Source: Thermotogota bacterium (GTDB lineage: Bacteria; Thermotogota; Thermotogae; Petrotogales; Kosmotogaceae). Taken from it: a stretch of 37,554 nt of DNA. Location of the stretch: contig JAYEJL010000157.1 of the NCBI GenBank assembly GCA_034660555.1, forward strand, positions 1 to 37,554, in the 5' to 3' direction. Below the pieces are notes generated by a model that did not search any database, had not been told where the DNA came from, and was given only the letters and a program-made list of their open reading frames with translations. This document shows, one piece after another, positions 27,846 to 37,539 of the stretch (the first letter of the stretch is position 1; each line of letters starts with the position of its first letter). The position numbers were made by a program, and so were the translations under genes.

Positions 27846-29183
27846 GGAAAAAAGTTTATCCAGCATATACTGCAAATTCTTATATGAGTAATTTTCTTTT
27901 CCAATATTGAAATTCTTTTCAACCATATTTCTATATCGTTCTGGCTCTTTAATTAAGTCCACACATTTTTTAGCTACTTTCCTGACTTTTTCGTGTTCTA
28001 CTTGATATATTCCAAGGAAGTCATTAACAGTGAATGAATCACCGAGTGATATTACTTCAAAACCTTTGGGTAAGATGTCTTTTCGAAGAACAGGATATTC
28101 GAAAACAATCACAGGTTTTTTTGCAAACATAGATTCAAGAAACTGGTTACCCCAACCCTCGAGTATGCTAGGGTAGGTTGTAAAATCTGCAATCGAGTAA
28201 AAATCCCACAGAGAATACTTCTTTTCTTTTTCAGTAAATGATCTTTTGTGTGAACAGAGATCTTTAACAAAATGGGTTGTGAAGGGCATGATCTTTGATA
28301 ATGCTTCAAGCTTCTGATGATATTCGCTAGAGTCTTTTTCTGCAAAACCGGGTAAAACAAGATGAACTTTTGACCTTCTGTCTATTGTTTCCCCTGAAGG
28401 ATTTTTTGACCCAACAAGGAAGGGGAAAAACTCTTCTGTAAAAACCTTAAGCACATGAAGGATAAGCTCTATTGCCTTTCTCTCAACAATTCTTGTTGCC
28501 TGTAAAAAAACCAGATCGCCTTTTTCAATTCCAAGTTTCTTCTTCAAATCATGGTTGAATGAATCTTTATTGCACAAAGTACCATTAAAATCAAAAACGT
28601 TGGGTATTACTTCAGAAACTATGCCATTCTTTATCCTGAGCTCTTCCTGAGCGATAGTGTTTATAACAACATGGCCATCCAGATCGACTGGTGGAAAGCT
28701 ATCCTCAAGCAAATTTTTAACATAATTGCTGGTTGGATTTGAATAGAATAAGCGTTCCCAGTAGAAATCGTGATGATGTCCAATAAGAAAAGGTTTACGG
28801 CCATCAAGATCTTCCAGTGCAAGGGGCAGAGATAGATTACAACCGAGAGACCAGACATTGTTGCCCACGATACAGTCAATGTTCTCTCTCTTGATTATAG
28901 GGATTAATGAACGTTTGATTTCATTGCTGTACGTCTTTATTTCTTCAACAAGTCTGCCCGGGCTAAACTCCTCAAGGTTACTAAAAGCGTTGTTCAATAT
29001 TCTTTTATTCCTGGGGTTATCGTACATTATGCTTGGTATTTCGTAACCCTCTTCCTGGCCGAGTGAACCCGCTATATATGAAACTTCATGACCCATTCTT
29101 TCAAGAACCATGCGCCATTTTTTCATTTCAAGTGAAACGCCATCATTTTCTCCAACCCTATAGTGTAATAATGCAATTTTCAT
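27825..29183 (-). CDS. mggS: GT4 glycosyltransferase, probable mannosylglucosylglycerate synthase
   Basis: HYRVGENDGVSLE, HHHDFYWER, TRIVERKAIE, YPSILEGWGNQFLE; in an operon with a ggs-like gene. Confidence 0.75.
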   Translation of the reverse strand: MKIALLHYRVGENDGVSLEMKKWRMVLERMGHEVSYIAGSLGQEEGYEIPSIMYDNPRNKRILNNAFSNLEEFSPGRLVEEIKTYSNEIKRSLIPIIKRENIDCIVGNNVWSLGCNLSLPLALEDLDGRKPFLIGHHHDFYWERLFYSNPTSNYVKNLLEDSFPPVDLDGHVVINTIAQEELRIKNGIVSEVIPNVFDFNGTLCNKDSFNHDLKKKLGIEKGDLVFLQATRIVERKAIELILHVLKVFTEEFFPFLVGSKNPSGETIDRRSKVHLVLPGFAEKDSSEYHQKLEALSKIMPFTTHFVKDLCSHKRSFTEKEKKYSLWDFYSIADFTTYPSILEGWGNQFLESMFAKKPVIVFEYPVLRKDILPKGFEVISLGDSFTVNDFLGIYQVEHEKVRKVAKKCVDLIKEPERYRNMVEKNFNIGKENYSYKNLQYMLDKLFSSISWSE

Positions 29184-29185
29184 AT

Positions 29186-30013
29186 TCAAAACCTTTTCGG
29201 TTTAAGAGCCTTTTCTAGTTTATTGAAGTGTTTTTTCAAATTAGTTTCGAAATTAACGAGTACACAGCGGTACAGTACCTCAAGAACCAGAAATTCTCCG
29301 ATTCGATTGACTATAAAACTGTTTTCAGAAGGGTCGCTGGTTGCTGTGTATAGTACCACATCCGCTTCATTTGTTATGGGAGAATTTATACCGGATGTAA
29401 TTGCGATAGTTTTTGCACCTGCGCCGTGAGCTATTTGAAGTGATTTGCATGTATCTCTTATGGTTCCTGTGTGCGAAACACCAATTACCACATCATCTTC
29501 ATCCATACTAGAAGCTACCATCACCTGAGCATGAGGATCAGAATAGTAATTGGCTGAAAGACCTAGCAATGCAAAGTTAAGACTTGCACTCTGCGCAACA
29601 GCTGAAGATCTACCCACAGCAAAGAAGAAAATCCTTTTAGATTTTTCTATTAGTTTGACAGCTTTTTCTACAGATTTTATATCAAGGACACTGCTGATCT
29701 GTTTAATAAGATTCATGTTTGAATCGATCACAGATTTGACGAAGCTTTCCAGATCCTTTTTGGAATCGCCAGGTGTGCCTTCCTTGGGGATGCTCAATTC
29801 TCTTGCCAGGGATATTTTGAAATCCTGATAACCAGCAAACCCGAGTTTCTTGATCAATCTATATACAGTAGCTTCACTGGCCTCTGAAAAGCGTGCTAAT
29901 TCAGTTATTGTATAGTGGATAACATCATCTGGTCTTTCATAAATATATTTGGCAACTTTTTTCTCCGATTCACTGAATGTAGAATATTTACCTTTTATAA
30001 ATGTTGTTATCAC
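29186..30013 (-). CDS. RpiR/MurR family regulator (HTH + SIS)
   Basis: SEKKVAKYI, ITELA..SEATVYRL..LGF.GY.DFK, and SIS VSHTG. Confidence 0.93.
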   Translation of the reverse strand: MITTFIKGKYSTFSESEKKVAKYIYERPDDVIHYTITELARFSEASEATVYRLIKKLGFAGYQDFKISLARELSIPKEGTPGDSKKDLESFVKSVIDSNMNLIKQISSVLDIKSVEKAVKLIEKSKRIFFFAVGRSSAVAQSASLNFALLGLSANYYSDPHAQVMVASSMDEDDVVIGVSHTGTIRDTCKSLQIAHGAGAKTIAITSGINSPITNEADVVLYTATSDPSENSFIVNRIGEFLVLEVLYRCVLVNFETNLKKHFNKLEKALKPKRF

Positions 30014-30014
30014 G

Positions 30015-31220
30015 TTACCACCTCTTTATTAAATCAGGCTTTTTTCCCATAAAACATTCTACAGCTTCTTTGACATACTTCTCTGCTTCTTTTGACGATA
30101 ACTCTTTGGTCTTTTCTACAAAATCCGCAACCCTTGCGAAATACAATGGTAGTAAAAGTGATATTACATTTGTTCTTTCCCTGACTTTCCTATATTTAAT
30201 CATCAGAGAATAGACCAGGTCAACCCAATCCTCAATATTTAAAGTACCACTATCTGTAACTTCATCGATAATATACTGTTTATCTTTTGTCAGTAATCTT
30301 TCTGCAAGTTCCTGATTCTTCTTCAGTTGCATTCTTGTATTATTCTTCATATTATCTAGGTCTACATTCAGTGGTTCCGGTGTTACTTCCGGTATTTCTC
30401 CGTACAGTATGGCTTTTCTCATTCCCTTTATTTCCCGCCAGTTGTGAAAGTATTCCTCAGATAACCTAAATAATGTTCCCACAACCTGTTCGAACATGGG
30501 TCCAAGTTGTTTTCCAGGATCCTTTGCATCATGAATTTTGGCTCCAAGAGCTGCTTGCATCGGTGGTTTATCACTTTCATTTACCGCAGTTATGGTCATC
30601 CAGATGTCTATACCGAAACGTGAGATGTCACTCTTCCAAATTTCTGAAGGTTTCGAAAGGTATATATCCACTAAATCAAGCCCGACTCCAAAATCTCCAC
30701 CAATAGGTTGCCTTATGTCAATACCATAGAGGGCTGTTGTCAATGGATAACAGAGATTATTCGTAATTGTTCCATCGTATTTGTGCCTGACATAATATGG
30801 TGTAATGTAAGAAGTAGCACCCCTCAATATAGGTTTTGAAAGCCTTTCAATCCACCATGGTTTAACACTTCTAAGGTCAGCATCTAAAAAGATTGTAACA
30901 GGAGTTCTCAGCAATTTTGAAATCTCCATTATGGCTCTCATGGCATTGCCTTTACCCGAAACGCCATCGTATTTGAAGGCCAGTTTATCTACATTTTCTG
31001 TGCTGGCGGAGAGAAAAGTATCAATTGTCTTATCTCTGGAGCCTCCGTCAGAATCTACTATCAATCCACTTCCATGGGAAAATTCAGTGATTCCTTTTGC
31101 AGCGGTCTCAGCTACATATGAAATAGTTGAAGCGTTGTTATAGCTTGAAATTCCAACGATTATCTCTGGCTTTTTGTGATCTGATAATTTCCTATAAACA
31201 TTGTCAGGCAATGACTTCAT
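30015..31220 (-). CDS. ggs: GT-A glycosyltransferase, probable glucosylglycerate synthase
   Basis: VGISSYNNA.TI, DGGS.D.T, GKG, DADLRS, RHKYDGTITN, RQPIGGDFG, FGIDIWMT, K.HDAKDP. Confidence 0.75.
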   Translation of the reverse strand: MKSLPDNVYRKLSDHKKPEIIVGISSYNNASTISYVAETAAKGITEFSHGSGLIVDSDGGSRDKTIDTFLSASTENVDKLAFKYDGVSGKGNAMRAIMEISKLLRTPVTIFLDADLRSVKPWWIERLSKPILRGATSYITPYYVRHKYDGTITNNLCYPLTTALYGIDIRQPIGGDFGVGLDLVDIYLSKPSEIWKSDISRFGIDIWMTITAVNESDKPPMQAALGAKIHDAKDPGKQLGPMFEQVVGTLFRLSEEYFHNWREIKGMRKAILYGEIPEVTPEPLNVDLDNMKNNTRMQLKKNQELAERLLTKDKQYIIDEVTDSGTLNIEDWVDLVYSLMIKYRKVRERTNVISLLLPLYFARVADFVEKTKELSSKEAEKYVKEAVECFMGKKPDLIKRW

Positions 31221-31233
31221 ATCTGACCTCCAT

Positions 31234-32205
31234 TTATTCTTTAACTGCGCCGACTGTTAATCCGCTAGTAAGATATTTTTCCATCACTGTAAACATTATT
31301 ATGATTGGAACAGCAGTCAATACAGATGCTGTCATCATTTTACCCCAGATTGCATGTTCTGAATAGAACAGTTCGTTAAGTCCAATGGGAAGTGTATAAA
31401 AGGCTGGATATGGTCTTATAAAAATTGATACAAACAAGTACTCATTCCAGGCTATCATAAACGCATAAATGTATACAGTCACAATTGCTGGTAGTGAAAG
31501 CGGTATAACAATTCTAAATATGGTTTGTAACCTCGAACATCCATCAATGATGGCTGCTTCTTCAATAGAATAAGGAATGGTTCTGAAATAATTACCGAGC
31601 ATATATAAAGAAACAGGTAATGTTTGCACAATATAAATAATGAATAATGCGAAAAATGACTTTGGACCGTTTCCAGTAAGACCTGCTTTTACAAATATCT
31701 GGTAAAGAGGTACAGCTAAAATCGTGCCCCCAAAAAGATAAACAATCAGCACTCCTCTCTGAATAAAACCTCTGCCTTTATAGCGTAGTCTGCTGAAAGA
31801 ATATGCCCCGAGTACTGCGACAATGAGTGTTACTAGCGCTGATAATCCTGCTAAAAACAGACTGTTTCTAAAGAATCTAATAAATGGAAATGATGATTCA
31901 GTTTTAAGCAACCCCTTTTCTTTGACTATTTCTTTTTGCTGTTCTTCTGGGAGGTCTTCTATTAATTTTAAAAATTGTTCTGCTTCTGTTGAAAGCTGAT
32001 CTCTAAGTGACTGCTCGAATCCAAGAAGTTGCTTATATTGAGTTAGAGTAGGTCTTTTTGGAATTATTCCATGATCGAAGGCATCCGAATCGTACCTGAA
32101 GGATATGGATAGCATCCAGGCGAAGGGATATCCAACAAAAATGACCAGTGCTATAACCAGTAAATAAAAACCAATTGTCTTGAGGGGTCTTTTTTTGCCT
32201 ACCAT
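31234..32205 (-). CDS. Carbohydrate ABC transporter permease (MalG-like)
   Basis: EAA loop IEEAAIIDG, WNEYL, LTVGAVKE. Confidence 0.93.
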   Translation of the reverse strand: MVGKKRPLKTIGFYLLVIALVIFVGYPFAWMLSISFRYDSDAFDHGIIPKRPTLTQYKQLLGFEQSLRDQLSTEAEQFLKLIEDLPEEQQKEIVKEKGLLKTESSFPFIRFFRNSLFLAGLSALVTLIVAVLGAYSFSRLRYKGRGFIQRGVLIVYLFGGTILAVPLYQIFVKAGLTGNGPKSFFALFIIYIVQTLPVSLYMLGNYFRTIPYSIEEAAIIDGCSRLQTIFRIVIPLSLPAIVTVYIYAFMIAWNEYLFVSIFIRPYPAFYTLPIGLNELFYSEHAIWGKMMTASVLTAVPIIIMFTVMEKYLTSGLTVGAVKE

Positions 32206-33077
32206 TTCAATACCTTCTTAACGTAGTACCCGATCAGGATCATCATTACAACAAACAAGAGAGTAGCAATTGATGCTGCAACACCCTGTTGTGGAACACC
32301 TATAAAAGCCTTTTCATAAATGTAAATAGGTAGTGTCCCTGCAAACTTTGACATCAAGTAAACCTCATCAAATTTGTAAAAATTCCAGATTCCTCTCAAC
32401 AACGCTACTGAACCAATAACAAAATATAATTCCGGTAATGTGATGAACCTGAATTTGGCCCAATCGCCTGCACCATCTATTTCAGCGGCTTCATAATATG
32501 TTTTAGAAATCGATTGGAGTCTTGAAAGTATCATCAAATAAACAAACGGGAAGTTTCTCCAAATGTTGAAAAATGTAACGACCCAAAACGCATTGTTGGG
32601 ATCATTTATCAAATCTACTCCGGGGTCCATAAGGCCGATAGAAGATAACGATCGTACTAATGGCCCATCTATGGGAAGAAACGCATATTTCCACGCAAAT
32701 ACAATTGCGATTACGGGGGTAATGTATGGAAGCAAAATCAAAGCTCTGACAATAGTTCTACCAATAAATTTTCTGTTCATCATCAAAGCTACACCCAGCC
32801 CTAATATGATCCCACCAGCAACTGTCAAAAAAGTGAAAAGAATTGTTATACCAAAGGATCTCCAGAAACCTGGATCTGTTATAACACTGACATAGTTTTC
32901 TGCTCCTACGAATATATTAGGTTTTCCAGGTGATATGGATACTTCAAAAAAACTTAAATATATGTTGTAGATAACGGGATAGATTATCAAACCACCGATA
33001 ATTATTACAGTTGGTAGTATTAGCTTCCAGCCTAGGGATGCCTCTTTTTTTTCAAGGGGGCCTGCTTTTGCTTGCAT
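32199..33077 (-). CDS. Carbohydrate ABC transporter permease (MalF-like)
   Basis: YEAAEIDGA...FRFITLP. Confidence 0.93.
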   Translation of the reverse strand: MQAKAGPLEKKEASLGWKLILPTVIIIGGLIIYPVIYNIYLSFFEVSISPGKPNIFVGAENYVSVITDPGFWRSFGITILFTFLTVAGGIILGLGVALMMNRKFIGRTIVRALILLPYITPVIAIVFAWKYAFLPIDGPLVRSLSSIGLMDPGVDLINDPNNAFWVVTFFNIWRNFPFVYLMILSRLQSISKTYYEAAEIDGAGDWAKFRFITLPELYFVIGSVALLRGIWNFYKFDEVYLMSKFAGTLPIYIYEKAFIGVPQQGVAASIATLLFVVMMILIGYYVKKVLKW

Positions 33078-33102
33078 ACTTCACCTCCAGTCCAGGAAAC
33101 AA

Positions 33103-33139
33103 AAAATAACAAATCCGGCGGTCTTTGTAACCGCCGGAT
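33103..33139 (-). terminator. Intercistronic stem-loop after the binding-protein gene
   Basis: ATCCGGCGGT-N7-ACCGCCGGAT (33113-33139) followed by a U-rich tail on the minus strand. Confidence 0.75.
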
Positions 33140-33153
33140 AGTTAACTGAACAT

Positions 33154-34440
33154 TCATTCAAAAAGTTTTTCCGCCTCTTTTTGAGCCCATTTTGCTGTTT
33201 CTTCAGGTGTCCAATCATTTGCAAACATGCTGTTTATGGCTTTTCCGATTGTGAAAGCTCCGGAAATTTTACTCATTTCTTCAAGCACGTGGCCTTTATA
33301 GAAGTCAAATCTTACTATGTTTTCAAGTGCAGAAATAATCTCCATAATCTTTTCTGTACCGTATCTTTCAAGAACGTAGTTGTCAAGGAAATCAGGATTT
33401 TCTGCAATTGAACTTCTTGTTGGATTCATGCCTCCAGGTGCCATATGTAACCAGTAAATGTAGTTATTCCCGGTCATCAGGAATTTTACAAATTTCTTTG
33501 CCGCTTCCTCCTCTTTAGTGCTTTCAAGTATTGCCAGGGCAACAACCTGTCCGTATGAGCTTCTATCTGTATTCTCCATATAATTTGCAAAACCTGTGTT
33601 CTTTACCAATTCAGGGTTATAATCATCTATTCTGCTCTTCTGAACTTCCTCAACTGCAATATCATCCATAATATAGGTAGAATAGAAAATCATTGCTGCT
33701 TCTTCTGAAAGATAGCCATTTAAAGCGTCAATAACAGTTGTGTATCCTGGTTTTGAATATTTGCCAAGTTCTTTATAGAATCGGAAAGCTTCAATCATCT
33801 CAGGAGTGTCAAAAGTTATGTTGCCTTCAAGATCAATGGGTCTTGCACCATTTGCAAGTGCTATTTCCGTGAAGGCTTGTTCACAATATGCATCAGCTTG
33901 TTTTGGCAATATCAATCCATAAACTCCATTATCCGGATCGTGGAGTTCTTTTGCTGCATCCAGAATTTCCTCCCATTCTATAGGGTCTTCCAGCCCTTTT
34001 TCATTAAACCAGTCCTTGCGATACCAAATACCCTGTACCCAGGCGTGGAAAGGAACTGCATAGTATGTATTTTCTCCGGAGGATAACAATCTTGATGCTC
34101 CAGTATAGATATCTCCGAATTCGCTAATTATCTCCGTAGCAAGTTCCTCATGCAGTAAATCTTCACTTCCCATTAACAACATCGGTTCAATTCCACCTTC
34201 TACGACATCTGGCAATGTACCAGCTGCCTTAGCTATCGGAATTCTCTGGAGCAAATCATTTTCTTCTACAGGGACTACTTCAACCTCGATATCATATACA
34301 GATTCAAAAAGAATTGCCAGAGCTTTGATTCTTTCAAGTCTGTTCGATTCTACTTCTGTTGTCCAGAAAGTAATGGTAGTAGAAAAGATGAGCCCCGTAA
34401 TAAGTAGAATCATAAGTGTCAGAATAATAACCTTTTTCAT
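33154..34440 (-). CDS. Carbohydrate ABC transporter substrate-binding protein (family 1)
   Basis: Signal peptide, TITFWT, PDVV, YAVP, WYRKD, WEE..DAAK; AAGGAGG RBS. Confidence 0.92.
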   Translation of the reverse strand: MKKVIILTLMILLITGLIFSTTITFWTTEVESNRLERIKALAILFESVYDIEVEVVPVEENDLLQRIPIAKAAGTLPDVVEGGIEPMLLMGSEDLLHEELATEIISEFGDIYTGASRLLSSGENTYYAVPFHAWVQGIWYRKDWFNEKGLEDPIEWEEILDAAKELHDPDNGVYGLILPKQADAYCEQAFTEIALANGARPIDLEGNITFDTPEMIEAFRFYKELGKYSKPGYTTVIDALNGYLSEEAAMIFYSTYIMDDIAVEEVQKSRIDDYNPELVKNTGFANYMENTDRSSYGQVVALAILESTKEEEAAKKFVKFLMTGNNYIYWLHMAPGGMNPTRSSIAENPDFLDNYVLERYGTEKIMEIISALENIVRFDFYKGHVLEEMSKISGAFTIGKAINSMFANDWTPEETAKWAQKEAEKLFE

Positions 34441-34480
34441 AAAAAACCCTCCTTTTTTTAACGGCCTTTAGGCCGGGATA

Positions 34481-34525
34481 GTAAAATATTTTCACCATAA
34501 TATACCATATGAAGAATATTTTCAC
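34481..34525 (-). promoter_or_regulatory. Promoter (TGGTATATT extended -10) flanked by two candidate RpiR operators
   Basis: AATATTTTCAC repeated at 34485-34495 and 34515-34525, each in an imperfect palindrome. Confidence 0.65.
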
Positions 34526-34716
34526 TAAGAACAATTATTTGCTTCTAGAATTAATGAGAAATGAATGAGAAGAATGAGATGCAATTATGCAAAAATTTCT
34601 TAGAAAAACTGTAGGTATTGATCGTTAAATTAGTTTCAAAAAATTATATTAATGATTCAATAATTTAAGAAATTCAAAAAGAAAATTATTTAAAATAAAA
34701 AAAATTAAGTCCAAAC

Positions 34717-34746
34717 TTGACATTTCTAAATATTAAGTTGTATAAT
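34717..34746 (+). promoter_or_regulatory. Consensus sigma70 promoter
   Basis: TTGACA (34717-34722), 18-nt spacer, TATAAT (34741-34746); GGAGGTG RBS downstream. Confidence 0.85.
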
Positions 34747-34781
34747 AAACAAAGAATGAATAAATTTTTGGAGGTGAACAT

Positions 34782-35156
34782 ATGAAACGAAGAATAACTA
34801 ACTGTCCTGTCTGTGGTGATAAGCTTACCATAACTGAGTATCAATGTGACAGTTGTGGTACGACAATTAGGGGAAGATTTGAACTTGACGAAATAATGAA
34901 GCTTTCTCCTGAACAGCTCAAATTTCTTAAAGTATTCATAAAGAATAGGGGGAACCTTTCAGAGGTGCAAAAAGAACTAAACATTTCTTATCCGACAGCA
35001 AAAAATAGATTAGAAGACATTGTTATTGCCCTTGGTTATACTGTAGTTGACAGGGAAAGAGAAGAAACAGTTAGCATTCTGGAAAGGCTTGAATCTGGTG
35101 AAATGGATCCAAGTGAAGCACTGGATATGCTAAAACGTCTTAAGAAGAAGAAATGA
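34782..35156 (+). CDS. DUF2089 family protein (Zn ribbon + HTH + SHOCT-like)
   Basis: CPVC...CDSC, GNLSEVQKELNISYPTAKNRL, ILERLESGEMDPSEALDML. Confidence 0.9.
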   Translation: MKRRITNCPVCGDKLTITEYQCDSCGTTIRGRFELDEIMKLSPEQLKFLKVFIKNRGNLSEVQKELNISYPTAKNRLEDIVIALGYTVVDREREETVSILERLESGEMDPSEALDMLKRLKKKK

Positions 35157-35165
35157 GGTGTAATT

Positions 35166-35519
35166 ATGGAAAAAAGCGAAATAAAAAAAGTTCTAAATCT
35201 GTTGTATGAAAGAAAGCTGTCACCAGATGACGCGTTTAATTTACTTGAAGAACTCGTTGAGATAAACAAAAAGTCAGGTAGCGCAAGAAGAATGAGAATA
35301 TATGTTTTTAATAAAATTAAAGGAAAAGAAGAAGTAAATATCTCAATACCAGCGTCACTAGCAAAGTTTGGGACGAAATTTCTCAAAGGTCAGAAATTTA
35401 AGATTGATGAAGAGGAAATTGATATTGACATAGATGAAGCGATCAACGAAGCACTTGAGACTATGGAACCGGTGGAGGTAGAAACTACGGACCATTCTGT
35501 AACCATAACTTTTGAATGA
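35166..35519 (+). CDS. SHOCT-like domain protein (YvlB/LiaX N-terminal-like)
   Basis: EIKKVLNLLYERKLSPDDAFNLLEEL and VNISIP; in the DUF2089 operon. Confidence 0.7.
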   Translation: MEKSEIKKVLNLLYERKLSPDDAFNLLEELVEINKKSGSARRMRIYVFNKIKGKEEVNISIPASLAKFGTKFLKGQKFKIDEEEIDIDIDEAINEALETMEPVEVETTDHSVTITFE

Positions 35520-35531
35520 GAGGTGATTTAA

Positions 35532-36578
35532 ATGACTGAATTCAAGTACGATATCAAAGATATAAAGAAATTGAAGCTATCCAGCGCTTCTGCAGATATG
35601 ACTGTTCAACCCACTAATGATAAAGAAATAACTGCAAAGGTTGATACTGATGAAACAGGCTATCAACCGTTCATTGATAAAAGCGAGAATACGTTGACAA
35701 TAAGATTTCAAAAAAGTGGGAAAGGATTTTTAGAAAATATATTCAGAAAAAATAATGTTGTCGATGAAGTTTTTATTCAGGTCCCACGATCAATATTGGA
35801 GTTGCAAGTGAATACTGCTTCAGGTGACATCATTGTTGAGGATTTTGATCTTGATAGTCTGAAAGTTACTGTGGTATCAGGGGATTTGAGAATAGAAGAC
35901 ACAGTATCACCAGATTTCAGCTGTAATAGTGTTAGTGGAGATGTTATAATCAGAAATTGTAATTTCAGAAGTTTTTCCGGGAATTCAGTATCAGGAGACA
36001 TTTTTATAGAAAATCTTCCTCCGCTGGAAAGAGATTTATGGATTTCCACGGTAAGTGGCGATGCCAGGATTATTTATACAGGTAAGCCGAAATTAGAAGC
36101 AGTATTTTCATCTGTAAGTGGAGAAATTATTACCAGCGCACCAATGACAAAAAGAAACAAAAAGCACTACAGGTTCTACCACGAGCATTTTAGTGGAGAA
36201 GAAGCCAATGAGAAGTTGAAAATACAAAGCGTGTCAGGAGATTTATTATTGAATGTTCACGAAACAGGAGTATCTGGAACTTCTTTCAAAACACCACCAA
36301 GAAAAATTTCACATGAAGAAAAAGAAAGCAGAAATCGAGAATTTGAGAGTCTTATCATTGACGAAGAAACAGAAAAAACCCTCAACCTTTTGAAAGAAGG
36401 AAAATTAACAGAAGAATACACAAGAAAATTCTTGCAGGTAATGGGCTATAAACCTGAAGAGGTCGAATATCTCCTCAAATTAAATTACGAAGAAGAACAA
36501 GATGAAGAATTAGAAAACGATTCCGAAGAGCAAAAAGATACGGAAGAAACAGAAGATGAAAAGAAAGGGGGAGAATAA
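35532..36578 (+). CDS. DUF4097 / Toastrack beta-strand repeat protein with SHOCT-like and acidic C-terminus
   Basis: Multiple [ST]-V/A-SGD repeats, KTLNLLKEGKLTEE, E/D-rich tail. Confidence 0.85.
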   Translation: MTEFKYDIKDIKKLKLSSASADMTVQPTNDKEITAKVDTDETGYQPFIDKSENTLTIRFQKSGKGFLENIFRKNNVVDEVFIQVPRSILELQVNTASGDIIVEDFDLDSLKVTVVSGDLRIEDTVSPDFSCNSVSGDVIIRNCNFRSFSGNSVSGDIFIENLPPLERDLWISTVSGDARIIYTGKPKLEAVFSSVSGEIITSAPMTKRNKKHYRFYHEHFSGEEANEKLKIQSVSGDLLLNVHETGVSGTSFKTPPRKISHEEKESRNREFESLIIDEETEKTLNLLKEGKLTEEYTRKFLQVMGYKPEEVEYLLKLNYEEEQDEELENDSEEQKDTEETEDEKKGGE

Positions 36579-36579
36579 G

Positions 36580-37539
36580 ATGAAACTTGGAGCTATTGTT
36601 GCGATTTTCCTGGGTGTCCTGATAATTCTCTCTGGAGTGGATATGATTGATATATCGTTCTGGCTAATTGTCGAACTTATTTTCGCTGCAGCATTTTTGA
36701 ATAATGGTATTAAGGTTTTCCGAGATTTCACGGGAGAACATCTTGGAAGTTTAATATTCTCCGGTGTATTGATTATTGATGCCTTTAAGCTGTGGGGTAT
36801 AGAATGGAGCTTCTGGCAGTTAATACTGGCACTTATAGGGTCCTATCTTGTTGGATGGGGTGTTGCTACAACATTCAAAAATACTCGATTCGCCAAAAGC
36901 AGAGTAAAAACCACCAGACAAAATTTAAGCATTTCAAAACCTCTTGAATTTGAAAAACAGAAACTTGATATTGATACCAATCTAACAAAAGTACTGTTAC
37001 TGGATTCTGAAAAAGAAAATGTAGGAATTGAATCCAATTTGAGTTTTGACAAAAAGAATTTCAATGGAAATTTGCAGTACGATATGAAGAATAAAGAAGC
37101 GATTATATCAGCTAAATGTAAAGCGCGAGCGGGCGTTTCATCCGTTCTTTCAAAATCAAGACTGGATATCGAATTGAGCAGAAAGGCTTTTCTTGATTTA
37201 ACAGCACATCTGGATGCTGCTGATGTAGTGTTTGATTTTTCAAATCTAAGACTTGAAAATGCCAAAATTACAACCAACCTTTCGCGTATATCACTTGTTC
37301 CTTCAAAGGTTCACGATTCACGAATAGATATAGGTTGTGAAGTGAGCTCATTAACACTTAGGGTACCGAGTGAAGTATCAGTAACTATCCATCACGAAGG
37401 TGAGCTGAACTGGAGCAATTTTGACAATATGATTCCACGTGAAGACAGTTATGTATCTAAAAATATAAGCACCGCTGAACATAATTGTCAACTTTTCATA
37501 AAAACAGATATGTCTAAACTGTCTATTGAATGGATTTAA
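36580..37539 (+). CDS. Membrane protein: about four N-terminal TM helices (LiaF/LiaI-like) plus Toastrack-like soluble domain
   Basis: Hydrophobic first ~100 aa then beta-rich repeats (DFSNLRL, LTLRVP). ATG 36580 follows GGGGGAG. Confidence 0.7.
   Translation: MKLGAIVAIFLGVLIILSGVDMIDISFWLIVELIFAAAFLNNGIKVFRDFTGEHLGSLIFSGVLIIDAFKLWGIEWSFWQLILALIGSYLVGWGVATTFKNTRFAKSRVKTTRQNLSISKPLEFEKQKLDIDTNLTKVLLLDSEKENVGIESNLSFDKKNFNGNLQYDMKNKEAIISAKCKARAGVSSVLSKSRLDIELSRKAFLDLTAHLDAADVVFDFSNLRLENAKITTNLSRISLVPSKVHDSRIDIGCEVSSLTLRVPSEVSVTIHHEGELNWSNFDNMIPREDSYVSKNISTAEHNCQLFIKTDMSKLSIEWI

Noticed and set aside
5312..37277. Numerous antisense or alternate-frame ORFs in the track (e.g. 5312-5800, 8134-8595, 25931-26371, 36843-37277)
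   Set aside because: They lie within well-supported genes, lack RBSs and family motifs, and have shadow-ORF composition.
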